64,000 nucleotides of DNA from an uncultured Solirubrobacterales bacterium (GCA_963745305.1 CAVUWL010000001.1:32278-96277); one strand, 5' to 3'; counted from the stretch's first letter, positions 30,601 through 39,904 are shown. Numbers and translations are program-made. The notes: generated by a model from the sequence alone, not told the origin.

Positions 30601-33600
30601 GACCGGCTCAGCTCTCCTCCTCGACTGCCGCGCCTACGAGCTCGTCTCCGCCGCCAACGCGGGTGGCTATGACGTCGAGTCCACCCTGATCGAAGGCCAG
30701 TCCCCCTTCGCCGGCTACCCGCAGGCCTCCGGCCGCGTCCTCTACGGCGTCCACGGCGGCGGCATCCCCGGCACCGATCACCCCACCGACCGCGGCGTCG
30801 ACCCCTACCTCGCCACCCGCACCGAAAACGGCTGGAGTACCGAATACGTCGGCATCCCCTCCAACGCCACCCCCTCGACCGCCCCCTTTGCCTCCACCTT
30901 GCTCGAAGCCGATCAGGGCCTCGGCGCCTTCTCCTTCGGCGGCCCCGAAATCTGCCAGCCCTGCTTCGCCGACGGCTCCACCGGCATCCCCCTCCGCAAC
31001 TCAGACGGCAACCTCGTCCAGGGCATGGCCGGCTCTGAAGACCCCGGCCCCTCCGCCGAACCGGCCGGTTTCATCGCCAAGCACTTCTCCGCCGACGGCA
31101 CCCACTTCCTCTTCGGCTCGACCGCCAAATTCGAGACTGACGGCAACGAAGGCCAGATCTCGATCTATGACCGTAACCTCGCTACCGGCGTTACCCACGT
31201 CGTCTCCAAGGCCCCCGGCGGCGGCAGCCTGCCCTGTGAAATCAACTGCCAAAGCAACGGCATCGGCGTCCTCGACGTCTCCGCCGACGGCTCCCACATC
31301 CTCCTCGGCCAGCTCGTCTCCGTGAAAGAAGGGATCAAGCGCTGGCGCCTCTACATGAACGTCGGCGACTCCGGCGAAACCACCGCGCTCACCCCCGGCG
31401 CCACCGAAGGCGTCCTCTTCGACGGCATGACCGCAGACGGCTCCAAGGTCTTCTTCTCCTCCCCACAGCACCTCACCAATGAAGACACCTCCCACACCGG
31501 CCCCGCCATCTTCCTCTGGCAAGAAGGCCACCTGCTCGCCCTCATCACCAAGGGCAACTCCGGCTCCTGCGATCCGCTCGCCAATTCAGCCCACGAACAC
31601 TGGAATGTGAGCGGATCTGAAAAAACCTGCGGCGCGCTCGCGATCGGCGGCGGCGGCGGCGTCTCCTCCGCCACCGGCGCCGTCTACTTCCTCTCCCCCG
31701 AGCTCCTCGCCGGCACCGAAGAACCCAAAGATGGCGTCCTGAACGCTCCCAACCTCTACCGCGCCGGCCCCGAAGACGGCTACGCCACCCACTTCGTCGC
31801 CACCCTCGAATCGGCGCTTAACGGCCCCCAGCCGCCCCGCTCCGGCCGCTCCTTCCTCCGCGAATTCGGCTTCTTCACCAAGGCCACCGGCCTCGCCGTC
31901 GATCGCGCCAGCGGCGACGTCTACGTCCTCGACCTCGGCGGCGGTGAAAACGAACTGCCGGCCGGCGTCGCCAAGTTCGACTCCTCCGGCAACCTAATCC
32001 AAGGCTGGGGCTCCCACGGCCACCTCTCCGGCTCCTCCGCCACCGGCACCGGCGAACTCACTGCCGGCTCCAACACGATTACCAAAGTCACCACCGCCTC
32101 CGGCGCCTTCAGCCCCGGCCAGGAGATATCCGCCCCCGGCATCCCCCCCGAAACCACCATCGCCGCCTGCTCTCCCTCTTGCGAAGCCCCGACCTCCCTC
32201 GAAATTTCCCAGGAAGCGACCGCCTCCGGGCCGGCGCAGCTCAGCGCCAAGCAGCCCTTCTCGGAGCTGCCCTCCTCCGGCTCGCCCACCCAGCTCGCCG
32301 TCGATCAGTCCAGCGGCGACCTCTACGTCCCCGACCTCCTCCACTTCGCCGTCGACGTCTTCGACTCCTCTGGCAACTACCTCACCCAGATCGGCGGCAT
32401 CTTCGGCCCCACCGCGCTCGCCGTCGACCCCTCCAACGGCGATCTCTACGTCGCCACCATCTTCGGCGGCATTGACGTCTTCGAACCCTCCGCAGGCTCC
32501 CCCCCGACCTTCACCCCGAACCCCGAATTGTCCATCCCCGCTGCCCACTCGACCACCGGCCTCGCCGTCGCTCCCAACGGCACCGTCTACGTCGCCAACG
32601 GCTCCGAAACCGCGGTTTATAAAAAAGGCCCCACTGCCTATGAAAAAGTCTCCACCCTCGACCCCGAACCCTCCCAGGGCGTCGCCATCGACCCCACCAC
32701 CGGCTACGTCTCCGTCGACGAGGGAAATCGCGTCGTCCAGTTCGACTCCTCCGGTCACCAGCTCGCCACCTTCAGCTCTGAAGCCTTCTCCGGATCGGTC
32801 GGCCTCGCCCTCGACCCCGGCGGCGACCTCTACGCCACCACCGCGGGAGGCGCCAAGCTCGCCGCCTTCGGTCGCTTCGGCCTGCCCCCCGGCCCCGCGA
32901 TCGACAACCCCGCCGTCATCGACTCCGTCACCGAACCCGAAGCCCGCCACACCGCCGACTTCCAACTCACCCCATCCGGCGAATTCGCCGCCTTCCCCTC
33001 CTCCCTCGCCCTCGCTGGTGCTGAAGAAGAACCCGCTGGCCACGATGTCCTCTACCGCTACGATGCCGCCGCCAAAAAGCTCACCTGCGTCTCCTGCACC
33101 CCCACCGGCGCTCCCTCCACCGGCGACTCCAACCTCGCCCCCGACGGCCTCAGCCTCACCGAAGACGGCCGCGTCTTCTTCGACTCCACCGACCGCCTCG
33201 CCGCCGCCGATACCGACAATCGCCGCGACGCCTATGAGTGGGAGGCGGCCGGGACCGGCAACTGCACCGCGCAAAGCCCCTCCTTCAGCGTCCGCACCGG
33301 CGCCTGCCTAGCCCTCATCTCCGCCGGCACTTCCACCTTCGACTCCGGCCTCCTCGGCGTCTCCGCCGACGGCACCGACGCCTACTTCTTCACCCGCGAC
33401 TCCCTCGTCCCCCAGGACAAAAACGGCCCCACCATGAAGATCTACGACGCCCGCGAAGGCGGCGGCTTCCCCTACCTCCCCCCGCGCGAAGACTGCAAGG
33501 CCTCCGACGAGTGCCACGGCGCCGCCAGCCCGCTTCCTCCACCGATCGAAGCCGGCTCAGAAGCCGGCTCCCCCCACAACGCCGAAGAAGAACCCAAACC

Positions 33601-33736
33601 GTGCAAGAAGAGCTTCGTCAAAAAGCACGGCAAGTGTGTCCAGCGCCACCCCCACAAGCACCGCCACCACGTGCGCCATGAACGCAGCAAGAAGCACCGA
33701 GCCAAGCACCACAGGAAAGGATCGGTGCACTCTTGA
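27629..33736 (+). CDS. giant secreted beta-propeller protein 2 (unit 1), intact; stop codon supplied by the group II intron
   Basis: Uninterrupted ORF 27329..33736. Signal peptide MSAASVVAVVAGTLLLATPALA starts at ATG 27629. FN3-like modules (WGKTEAYG...GHTYHYRLAAANA; TAYFFRLLAEDKNG; TTYHYRAIASNE). NHL blades (GDVYVTNS, GDLYVGDR, GAVYVADTGNHRVAAF, GDVYVLDLGG, GDLYVPDL, GDLYVATI). TCPNAHVRQQTGSALLLDCRAYELVS. PD40-like blades (SADGTHFLFGS, SADGSHILLG, TADGSKVFFSS, SADGTDAYFFT). CKASDECHG. PCKKSFVKKHGKCVQRHPHKHRHH. Exon 1 ends at 33670. Confidence 0.85.
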   Translation: MSAASVVAVVAGTLLLATPALALTVTTSLPTRSGTAATLNGVVDPQGVELKSGAAGCRIEWGKTEAYGEVAPCNFLTEVNGADFTPKGIVPTGLESGDAVAEITGLELGHTYHYRLAAANATEAKTGADQSFIAGFGHAFSTSFSGSGPTTLTNPTAVAVDESSGDVYVTNSPVNELQTLTVGATATGDLTKASTEVTGLHLSAGELAEGASIEGEGIPLHTTVLAVNETEHKLTLSKPATTTATTVPLAVTPNGGTFTLTFKGQTTNPIHFPASSVVVQNELEALSTLGPKSVSITEPGQNSRGPYAVEFVGKLAGSSQPSIAVDPSALTAGPHTAQVAVARPGSSTADVEKFSPTGEFLLMIGREVNRKAVESHGTEAEQDVCAAEPGEAEPGEDCQPGAPTTAPGGFTDPALLAVDNSALDHSTGDLYVGDRLTGAGSGDIQKFGPEGHLITTWGDSGLLDGSTDPEGGFATPGTDEGLSGLAVDPSGRLFATAEKRYSEFDPSGAFLAGTPFPTGIASLAVDSSGHLYLSETREGGALGKWSAQGTRIGTLVNNFAGTPTSLAIDPVTRDLFALYGDRVKRFAGSCDNFQAPCTPLETFGEGQLSGPGNLALDASSGAVYVADTGNHRVAAFTAAPYLPRAAAAAAPKASTAETLTGNADPAGAPPIEACAFQYAPVSAFNEVQNLTLHGATGGTFSLLTYSSEDRRFEQEHEDTTLALPYNAPAQHVAAANESTANIGKGNLSVTGPPGGPFRIEFVGRFAHHRNALLVVNSSSNLTPPTATTEVLRQTEGDAAWGTAPTSACEPLPSPQFSTATPVTAQATGLQPGTAYFFRLLAEDKNGPAQSYEENEFTTLPLAPTVGATSASAVHADTAQIATEIDPGGGEAAYHTHYYLEYVTQKHFEEEEFTGAARSPELDAGGAHTPQSLTVSLSALDQNTTYHYRAIASNECELEKQCLVPGAAHTFTTLPSPEQIHDTCPNAHVRQQTGSALLLDCRAYELVSAANAGGYDVESTLIEGQSPFAGYPQASGRVLYGVHGGGIPGTDHPTDRGVDPYLATRTENGWSTEYVGIPSNATPSTAPFASTLLEADQGLGAFSFGGPEICQPCFADGSTGIPLRNSDGNLVQGMAGSEDPGPSAEPAGFIAKHFSADGTHFLFGSTAKFETDGNEGQISIYDRNLATGVTHVVSKAPGGGSLPCEINCQSNGIGVLDVSADGSHILLGQLVSVKEGIKRWRLYMNVGDSGETTALTPGATEGVLFDGMTADGSKVFFSSPQHLTNEDTSHTGPAIFLWQEGHLLALITKGNSGSCDPLANSAHEHWNVSGSEKTCGALAIGGGGGVSSATGAVYFLSPELLAGTEEPKDGVLNAPNLYRAGPEDGYATHFVATLESALNGPQPPRSGRSFLREFGFFTKATGLAVDRASGDVYVLDLGGGENELPAGVAKFDSSGNLIQGWGSHGHLSGSSATGTGELTAGSNTITKVTTASGAFSPGQEISAPGIPPETTIAACSPSCEAPTSLEISQEATASGPAQLSAKQPFSELPSSGSPTQLAVDQSSGDLYVPDLLHFAVDVFDSSGNYLTQIGGIFGPTALAVDPSNGDLYVATIFGGIDVFEPSAGSPPTFTPNPELSIPAAHSTTGLAVAPNGTVYVANGSETAVYKKGPTAYEKVSTLDPEPSQGVAIDPTTGYVSVDEGNRVVQFDSSGHQLATFSSEAFSGSVGLALDPGGDLYATTAGGAKLAAFGRFGLPPGPAIDNPAVIDSVTEPEARHTADFQLTPSGEFAAFPSSLALAGAEEEPAGHDVLYRYDAAAKKLTCVSCTPTGAPSTGDSNLAPDGLSLTEDGRVFFDSTDRLAAADTDNRRDAYEWEAAGTGNCTAQSPSFSVRTGACLALISAGTSTFDSGLLGVSADGTDAYFFTRDSLVPQDKNGPTMKIYDAREGGGFPYLPPREDCKASDECHGAASPLPPPIEAGSEAGSPHNAEEEPKPCKKSFVKKHGKCVQRHPHKHRHHVRHERSKKHRAKHHRKGSVHS

Positions 33737-35626
33737 TGCGCCGCTGTACAGAAGATGGAGGCAGGCCCTCCGTGGTCGCCGTGCAGGCGGAGATCACAAA
33801 CCACCCCAAGGTGCGGCGGTCAAGAGCCGCTCGTGCTGAGCGTTGCGGGAAAAGGCGTGCCGACGAGCACGTCAGGTATGACCCGATGAAGACGAGCGAG
33901 AGCGAACCACTGCTGAAGTGTCGAAATGTGTTAGACGACATCGAAACCAGGCCATGTGGTGGCGCCTGGGATGAGCCTGGGATGGCACCTGTTTACTGCC
34001 CAGGCGGTGTCCGGCATGTAGGTGGCGTGAGCGCGGGTCAGGCTCCTGTACGGAACATGGGAACCTGTCGTCTCGCGGGAGAGCGGCTCATGGTCGAAGA
34101 TCTCCGGCCGCTCATCCCAGGGAAGGCCCCAAGCGGCAGAAACCGCAAGGGACCACATCCTGATGTGAGGCACAGGGGCGGATCGCCCGGTAGTAGTAAT
34201 GAAGGCTCCGTAATGGGGCTGGAGCGAAGCGGGCGGGCCATCCAGGCAAGGACAGCGGTCAACCACGAGGTGAGTGGGAGGACCCGGTGACCGAGCCAAA
34301 GTCAAAGGTCAAGAAGTCGTTTTGCATCGACAAGAGGGTGGTCTGGAAGGCGTGGAAGCAAGTCAAGGCCAACCAGGGCGCTCCAGGTGTTGACGAGGAG
34401 TCGGTTGCGGAGTTCGAGAGGAGCCTGGAAGGGAACCTCTACGTGCTGTGGAACCGGATGTCCTCGGGTGCCTACATGCCACCGCCTGTGAAGGCGGTGC
34501 AGATACCGAAGAAGAGTGGGCGAGGGTCAAGAACCCTCGGTGTGCCCACAGTCGCAGACAGGGTCGCGCAGACGGTCGCCAAGCTGCACTTGGAGCCCGA
34601 GGTGGAGCCAGTGTTCCACCCCGACTCCTACGGCTACCGACCGAACCGCTCGGCCCTTGACGCGGTGGGGACATGCCGGGAGCGGTGTTGGAGATATGAC
34701 TGGGTTCTAGATTTGGACCTGAAGTCATTTTTCGACTCCGTCGATCACAAGCTCATCCTGAAAGCGGTAGCCGCCCACACCGATGAGCGGTGGGTGCTCC
34801 TCTACGTCGAGCGCTGGCTGAAGGCCCCGCTCGACAATGGGGACGGCAACCTGGAAGCGCGTGATCGCGGCACCCCTCAAGGGTCCGCGATCTCCCCGGT
34901 GCTCGCCAACATCTATCTCCACTATGCGTTCGATACATGGATGGCCAGGGAGTTCCCGGCCGTTCCCTTCGAGCGCTATGCAGACGATGTTGTCGTACAC
35001 ACCAAAAGTGAGCGCCAGGCGCGGTTTGTGCTCGGCGAGATCAAGAAGCGGATGGCGGACTGTCACCTGGAGCTAAACCAGGAGAAGAGCCGCATTGTGT
35101 ACTGCAAGGACGCAAACCGCACCGGCTCTCACGAGCACGAGCGGTTCGACTTCCTCGGGTACACGTTTCGACACCGGCAAGCCCGCAACGGGCGGGGCGA
35201 GCTGTTTCGTAGCTTCTCCCCAGCAGTCAGTGACGAAGCCGCGAAAGCGATACGCCGGACGATCCGCAAATGGAGGATTCACCTATGGAGCGGGACACCA
35301 CTCACGGACCTCGCACGGGAGCAGGGCGCGATCGTGCGAGGCTGGATCAACTACTACGGGCATTTCCACCCGTCCGAGCTGGCCAGGTCTCTCCTGCGCA
35401 TCGACGAGTACCTGATGCGCTGGGCGATGCGGAAGTTCAAGCGACTGAAAGGCCGCCGCGAGCGGGCCTGGGAGTTCCTGGCGGACGTGCATGCACGTCA
35501 ACCGGAGCTCTTTGCTCACTGGCGGTTGGTACGACCCTACGACCGGATGGTGGGAGCCGTATGACGGGAGACTGTCACGTGCGGTTCTGCGAGAGCCGGG
35601 GGGCGAAATCCTCCCTGCCACTCACC
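33671..35626 (+). mobile_element. group II intron, copy 1 (1956 nt)
   Basis: Begins GTGCGCC (GUGYG consensus). Canonical 34-nt domain V GAGCCGTATGACGGGAGACTGTCACGTGCGGTTC at 35554..35587. Domain-VI-like hairpin with bulged A (CCTCCCTGCCACTCACC) ends at 35626. RT/maturase ORF sits in the domain IV position. Similarity to copy 2 (51628..53583, same length) starts and stops exactly at these borders. Borders are +/-1 nt because of a shared C. Confidence 0.85.
34287..35564 (+). CDS. group II intron reverse transcriptase/maturase (no endonuclease domain)
   Basis: RT blocks GAPGVDEESV, RTLGVPTVADRVAQ, YGYRPNRSALDA, LDLDLKSFFDSVDH, GTPQGSAISPVLANIYL, FERYADDVVVH. Maturase X domain GWINYYGH. The ORF ends inside domain V. 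Confidence 0.9.
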   Translation: MTEPKSKVKKSFCIDKRVVWKAWKQVKANQGAPGVDEESVAEFERSLEGNLYVLWNRMSSGAYMPPPVKAVQIPKKSGRGSRTLGVPTVADRVAQTVAKLHLEPEVEPVFHPDSYGYRPNRSALDAVGTCRERCWRYDWVLDLDLKSFFDSVDHKLILKAVAAHTDERWVLLYVERWLKAPLDNGDGNLEARDRGTPQGSAISPVLANIYLHYAFDTWMAREFPAVPFERYADDVVVHTKSERQARFVLGEIKKRMADCHLELNQEKSRIVYCKDANRTGSHEHERFDFLGYTFRHRQARNGRGELFRSFSPAVSDEAAKAIRRTIRKWRIHLWSGTPLTDLAREQGAIVRGWINYYGHFHPSELARSLLRIDEYLMRWAMRKFKRLKGRRERAWEFLADVHARQPELFAHWRLVRPYDRMVGAV

Positions 35627-35662
35627 AAACGAGCCAACCACAAGCGCGGAGGTAAGAAATGA
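35627..35662 (+). other. predicted 3' exon of giant gene 2 (KRANHKRGGKK-stop)
   Basis: Joining 33670 to 35627 keeps the frame and gives ...RHPHKHRHH-KRANHKRGGKK*. The uninterrupted paralog tail at 61720..61765 reads RHHRRANPHRGGHK* across the same junction (GGCACCAC-AGGCGAGCCAACC vs CGCCACCAC|AAACGAGCCAACC). Confidence 0.65.
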
Positions 35663-35715
35663 TCTTCCGCCGACACAATCACGTCCGCGCTGCCAAGACT
35701 GAGCAGTCCTCGCTA

Positions 35716-35860
35716 GTCCGTCCCTCGAAACGCTCGCCCGTACTAGCGCGAAGCGCGGGTCAGGCGGTCCAAGGTTCCCAGGGCGTTGGCGCAATTCCCC
35801 GACGACAGCGGAGGCGAAGCCGAGCAGTCGTCGGTTTATGTAGATGGGCCAGCGCTCAGG
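35716..35860. repeat. dispersed intergenic repeat (unit 1)
   Basis: Related to 27441..27545 and, at its 3' end, to 24296..24330. Confidence 0.7.
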
Positions 35861-35934
35861 GCGGTCCCAGTCACGAACTGATTCTTCCTGGGGCCGCCCT
35901 GAGCGCCCCGCCGACCACCTCACACACGGCCAAG

Positions 35935-38900
35935 CGTGGCCGAATCTTCCCCCGCCGGCACCACCTACCCGCCCGAGTCGCCGCCGCTGTTTTGTCCGCC
36001 GCCGCCATCGTGGTGGCTGGCGCAGTCTGGCTGCCCGCCGCCGCCCAGGCTTCAGAGGCAGTTACCTCCTTCAAGACCACCCTCGTCGAACCGGTCCCCC
36101 CGCTCGAAAATGACGCGGCGACTGGCACTGTCGAGGCTGCGCCCACCTCCGAAAGCTTCACCCTCAAAGAACCCAGTGGATCTAAGCTCACCGTCAAAGT
36201 CTCGCCCTCGACGATCTACCGCGAGTTTGGCGCCCCCAATCCCACCCTCGGCAACGTCGGTGCCGGCGACTTCGTCGAAGTTGTCGGCCCCGGCGAAGGC
36301 ATTGAACTGACAGCGACCAAAGTCCAGATCGCCGATCCGACTGCCGGCATCGTCCAAGCTGCGCCCAGCGGCGAAAGCTTCACCATCGAAACGCTCACTG
36401 GATCCACCGACACGGTCGAAGTCTCGCCCTCGACCACCTACGTCAAGGCCAAGCCCGAACCGGGCGAAACAAGCCCAACCCTGGCTGACGTCGGGGTCGG
36501 CGACTACGTCGGGATCGTCGGCCCTCTCTCCGGGCACACCGTCACCGCGACCGGGGTGGGGATCTCCGTCCCCCAGGCCGGCGGCCACCCCGACCTCACC
36601 ACCTCCTTCGCCCTCGCCGAACCCGGCCAACCCGAAGCCGCCCAGAACGTCATCTTCAACGCCCCCACCGGCGTCTTCGGCAACCCCCGCGCGATCACCC
36701 AGTGCCCCACCTCCGAATTCGCCCTCGACGCAGTGCCCCCCCGACTCCCAGGCCGGCCTGATCACCCTCCACGCCAACTACGCAGGCAACCCCGACTACC
36801 TCCTCGGCACCGCCCCGATCTTCTCGATCGTCCCCTCCGAAGGGGAAACCGCCCGCTTCGCCTTCGTCGTCCCCGTCCTCGACATCCCGATCGCGATCCC
36901 CGTTCAGGTCCGCACCACCGCCGACTACGGCCTCCGCTTCACCGTCAAAGACATCACCCAGCTCACCCCCCTCGCCTCCGCCAGGATGACCTTCTGGGGC
37001 TTCCCCGCCGAATCGAACCCACACGCTTCGAACGCTTCCCCAAAGGGACCCCGGGGAACCCCACCGGCTGCCCCGGAGAAGAAGGCACCGCCTGCCTCGC
37101 AAAGGCCCACCGATGCCAGCATCTTCCCCCAGCCGCTCACCGACAACCCCACCACCTGCACCGGGCGCCAGCTTACCGCCACCCTCGAAGTCGAAACCTA
37201 CGCCGACCCCATCCATCACCCGGCGACCGAAGCCACCTACCCCACGATCGAAGGCTGCGAAAACGAGGTCTTCAACCCCGTCCTCCAGGCCTCCCCGACC
37301 ACCAACCAGACCGACTCCGCCTCGGGCTTGAACGTCGACCTCAAATCCCCCCAGTTCCTCACCTACGCCTCCGAGCCCTCCGAGATCCGCTCCGCCACCG
37401 TCACCCTGCCCGAAGGCTTCACCATCAACCCCGACGCCGCCGACGGCCAGACCGAATGCACCGAATCGCAGGCAAACTTCAGCTCACGAAGGCCCCGCCG
37501 AATGCCCCGACACCGCCAAGATCGGCACCTTCTCGATCGGCACCCCCGCCCTCCCCGAACGCCTCGAAGGCTCCGTCTATCATCGGCGAACCCAAGCCCG
37601 GCGACCAGTACCGGCTCTTCATGACCGCCTCTGGCTTCGGCATGAACATCAAGCTCGTCGGCTCGGTCATTCCCAATCCGAAGACCGGCCAGCTCATCGC
37701 CGAATTCCCCAACCTTCCCCAGGCTCCCTTCGAAGACTTCCAGCTCCACCTCTTCTCCGGCGAACGCGCCCTCATGGCCACCCCGACCGCCTGCACGATC
37801 TACCCCGTCGAGCGCCGAGTTCTACCCCTGGAACGCCACCCTCGCCGAACAGACCTCCAGCCAGATCTTCAGCCTCGAATCGGGTCCCCACGGCTCCCAG
37901 TGCCCGGGCCAGGTCCGCCCCTTCATCCCAACCCTCGAAGCCGGCACCTCCAACGCCACCGCCGGCGCCTTCTCCAACTTCGCCCTCAAGCTGAACCGCG
38001 AAGACGGCGACCAGGACCTCGGCCATATCAACTTCACCATGCCCCCGGGCCTCACCGCCAACCTGCACGGCGTCACCTACTGCTCCGACGCGGCGATCGC
38101 CCAGCCGCGGCGAACACTCCGGGCCGCACCGAGCAGGCCGACCCAAGCTGCCCGGCCTCTAGCGAAATCGGCACCTCAAACGTCGCCGCCGGCCCCGGCA
38201 CCCACCCCTTCCACGCCACCGGCAAGATCTACTTGGCCGGCCCCTTCCAGGGCGCCCCGCTCAGCCTCGTGGTGGTCACCCCTGCCTTGGCCGGCCCCTA
38301 TGACTACGGCACCGTCGTCGTCCGCGTCGCCCTCCACATCGACCCCCTCGACGCCCACGTCATCGCCGACTCCCAGGCGGTCCCCGAGATCATCGGCGGC
38401 ATCCCGCTGCGCATCCGCTCGATCCAGGTCAACATCAATAAGCCGAACTTCATGATCAACCCGACCAACTGCTCCGAATTTCACACCACCTCCGAAGGGG
38501 TCGGGGACCAGGGCACAGCGGTCAGCTTCACCTCCCCCTTCATCGCGGTCAACTGCGACACCCTGCCCTTTGCGCCGAAGATGTCGATCACCCAGCTCGG
38601 CGGTCACAAGGCCACCGCTCGCAGCAAGGACCCCAGCCTCGCGATCGAACTCAATACCACGAGCGGGCGATGCCAACATCAAATCGCTCACCGTCACCCT
38701 GCCCAAAGCCTTCGAGATCGACCAGCGCCACCTCGGCAACATCTGCGACCGGGCAGAACTCGCCTCGGACCAGTGCGCCGGCCGCCAGCCGATCGGCGAA
38801 GCGACCACCAACACGCCGCTGCTCGAAGCCCCCCTCAAGGGCCCTGTCTATGCGGTCTCGGGCTTCGGCGACTCTTGCCCCACCTCGCCTTCATCCTCGC

Positions 38901-39214
38901 CGGCCAGGTCACCCTGATGCCCGAGGCCGAATCCTCCTCGGTTCAACACGGCCGCCTGAAAACCGTCGTCCCGGTCATCCCCGACGCCCCGATCGGCCAC
39001 TTCCGCTTCACCCTCTTCGGCGGCTCCCAGGGCTACCTCTCAAACACCCAGAGCCTCTGCAGCGCTCCGACCGCTCTCCACGATCGAATTCAACGCCCAA
39101 AACGGCAAGAAGCTGACCCAACAGGTAAAGACCAAGACCGCGTGTAAGTACGAAGTCGAAGAGATCAAAGCACGGCACCAAGCGTCGTCGTCGCTAGTAC
39201 CTCGGGAGCCTTGA
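35935..39214 (+). pseudogene. QAGGHPD-motif secreted protein, type B with DUF5666-like N-terminal repeats (unit 1), heavily frameshifted
   Basis: Signal-peptide-like ARVAAAVLSAAAIVVAGAVWLPAAAQA. Three repeats of the type GTVEAAPTSESFTLKEPSGSKLTVKVSPSTIY...GDFVEVVG. PQAGGHPDLTTSF (36574..36594). VFGNPRAITQC. First shift at 36725-36735 (GACGCAGTGCCCCCCC vs AATGAATGCCCACCC in the paralog). Later blocks lie in ORFs 36986.., 37xxx, 38039.., 38570... True end ...STIEFNAQNGKKLTQQVKTKTACKYEVEEIKARHQASSSLVPREP at TGA 39212..39214. Start codon not resolved. Confidence 0.75.
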
Positions 39215-39279
39215 GGCGCTCGCCGATCGCTCCTTTGAGCGCGAGGGCCAGATTCGCCAAAGGGATCTGGGATCAGAAA

Positions 39280-39904
39280 ATGCTCAGAGAAAGACTGACC
39301 TACGGCAACGTCGTCGCCACGCTCGCGCTCTTCATCGCCCTGGGCGGCTCCGCCTACGCGGCGCTCCGCGTTCCCCCCAACAGCGTCGGCGCCCGCCAGC
39401 TCAAGGCCTCCTCGGTCACCAGCGGCAAGATCGCAAGCGGAGCGATCACCGCCGCCAAGGTCGCCGAACACTCGCTGACCGGCTCCGACATCAACCTCCC
39501 CGCCCTCGGCACCGTTCCCAATGCCGCCAACGCCGCCAACGCCTCAAACGCCAACACCGTCGGCGGTCACGCCGCCTCCTGTCCCGCCAACACCACCTTG
39601 ATCCGCGGCCTCTGCTTTGACTCCCAATCCAACCCCGAAGCCCCCAATCTCGAGGCCGCGGCAGAGGACTGCGCCGCCAAGGGCGGCTACCTGCCGACTC
39701 CGATGGAGCTCTACTCAACCCAGGGCATCCTGCACCTGGGCACCGGTCTCGGCCCCTCCCAGCACCAGTTCACCGATGACCTCTACAGCCTCAACGACCG
39801 ACAACGAATACACGACGATCGTCGTCAATGGCTCCGGCGACCCCACTGAACAGCCGGCCGGCGATCCATCCGCCTACTACTGCGTCTACCCACTGGTGCG
39901 TTAG
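39280..39904 (+). pseudogene. N-terminally anchored protein with Cys-containing lectin-like C-terminal domain, one frameshift
   Basis: MLRERLTYGNVVATLALFIALGGSAYA. Repeats of V.S.KIA.GAIT.AKVA. C-terminal CPANTTLIRGLCFD...AAAEDCAAKGGYLPTPMELY (reminiscent of DUF1566-type domains, from memory). Last 37 aa (…DNEYTTIVVNGSGDPTEQPAGDPSAYYCVYPLVR) are in the frame of ORF 39617..39904. Shift near 39790. Confidence 0.5.

Noticed and set aside
33725-33729. Alternative intron 5' end at the second GTGC(A/G) (33725 / 51682)
   Set aside because: Copy-to-copy similarity begins 54 nt earlier at GTGCGCC (33671 / 51628). Uninterrupted paralog tails (about 61735 and about 24060) match the exon junctions only with the earlier border. 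It remains possible if the 54 nt are co-converted exon, hence the proposed splice-site mapping.
33733-34290. 185-aa ORF conserved at 51690..52247
   Set aside because: Both lie in the domain I-III RNA portion of the two group II intron copies. Conservation is explained by the ribozyme sequence. No protein motif is present.
35659-39147. 1162-aa ORF taken as one real protein
   Set aside because: Only about residues 90-355 are genuine coding (signal peptide, DUF5666-like repeats, QAGGHPD block). After about 36730 the product becomes Pro/Arg/His-rich out-of-frame translation, while the conserved family blocks continue in other frames. Annotated instead as a frameshifted pseudogene 35935..39214.
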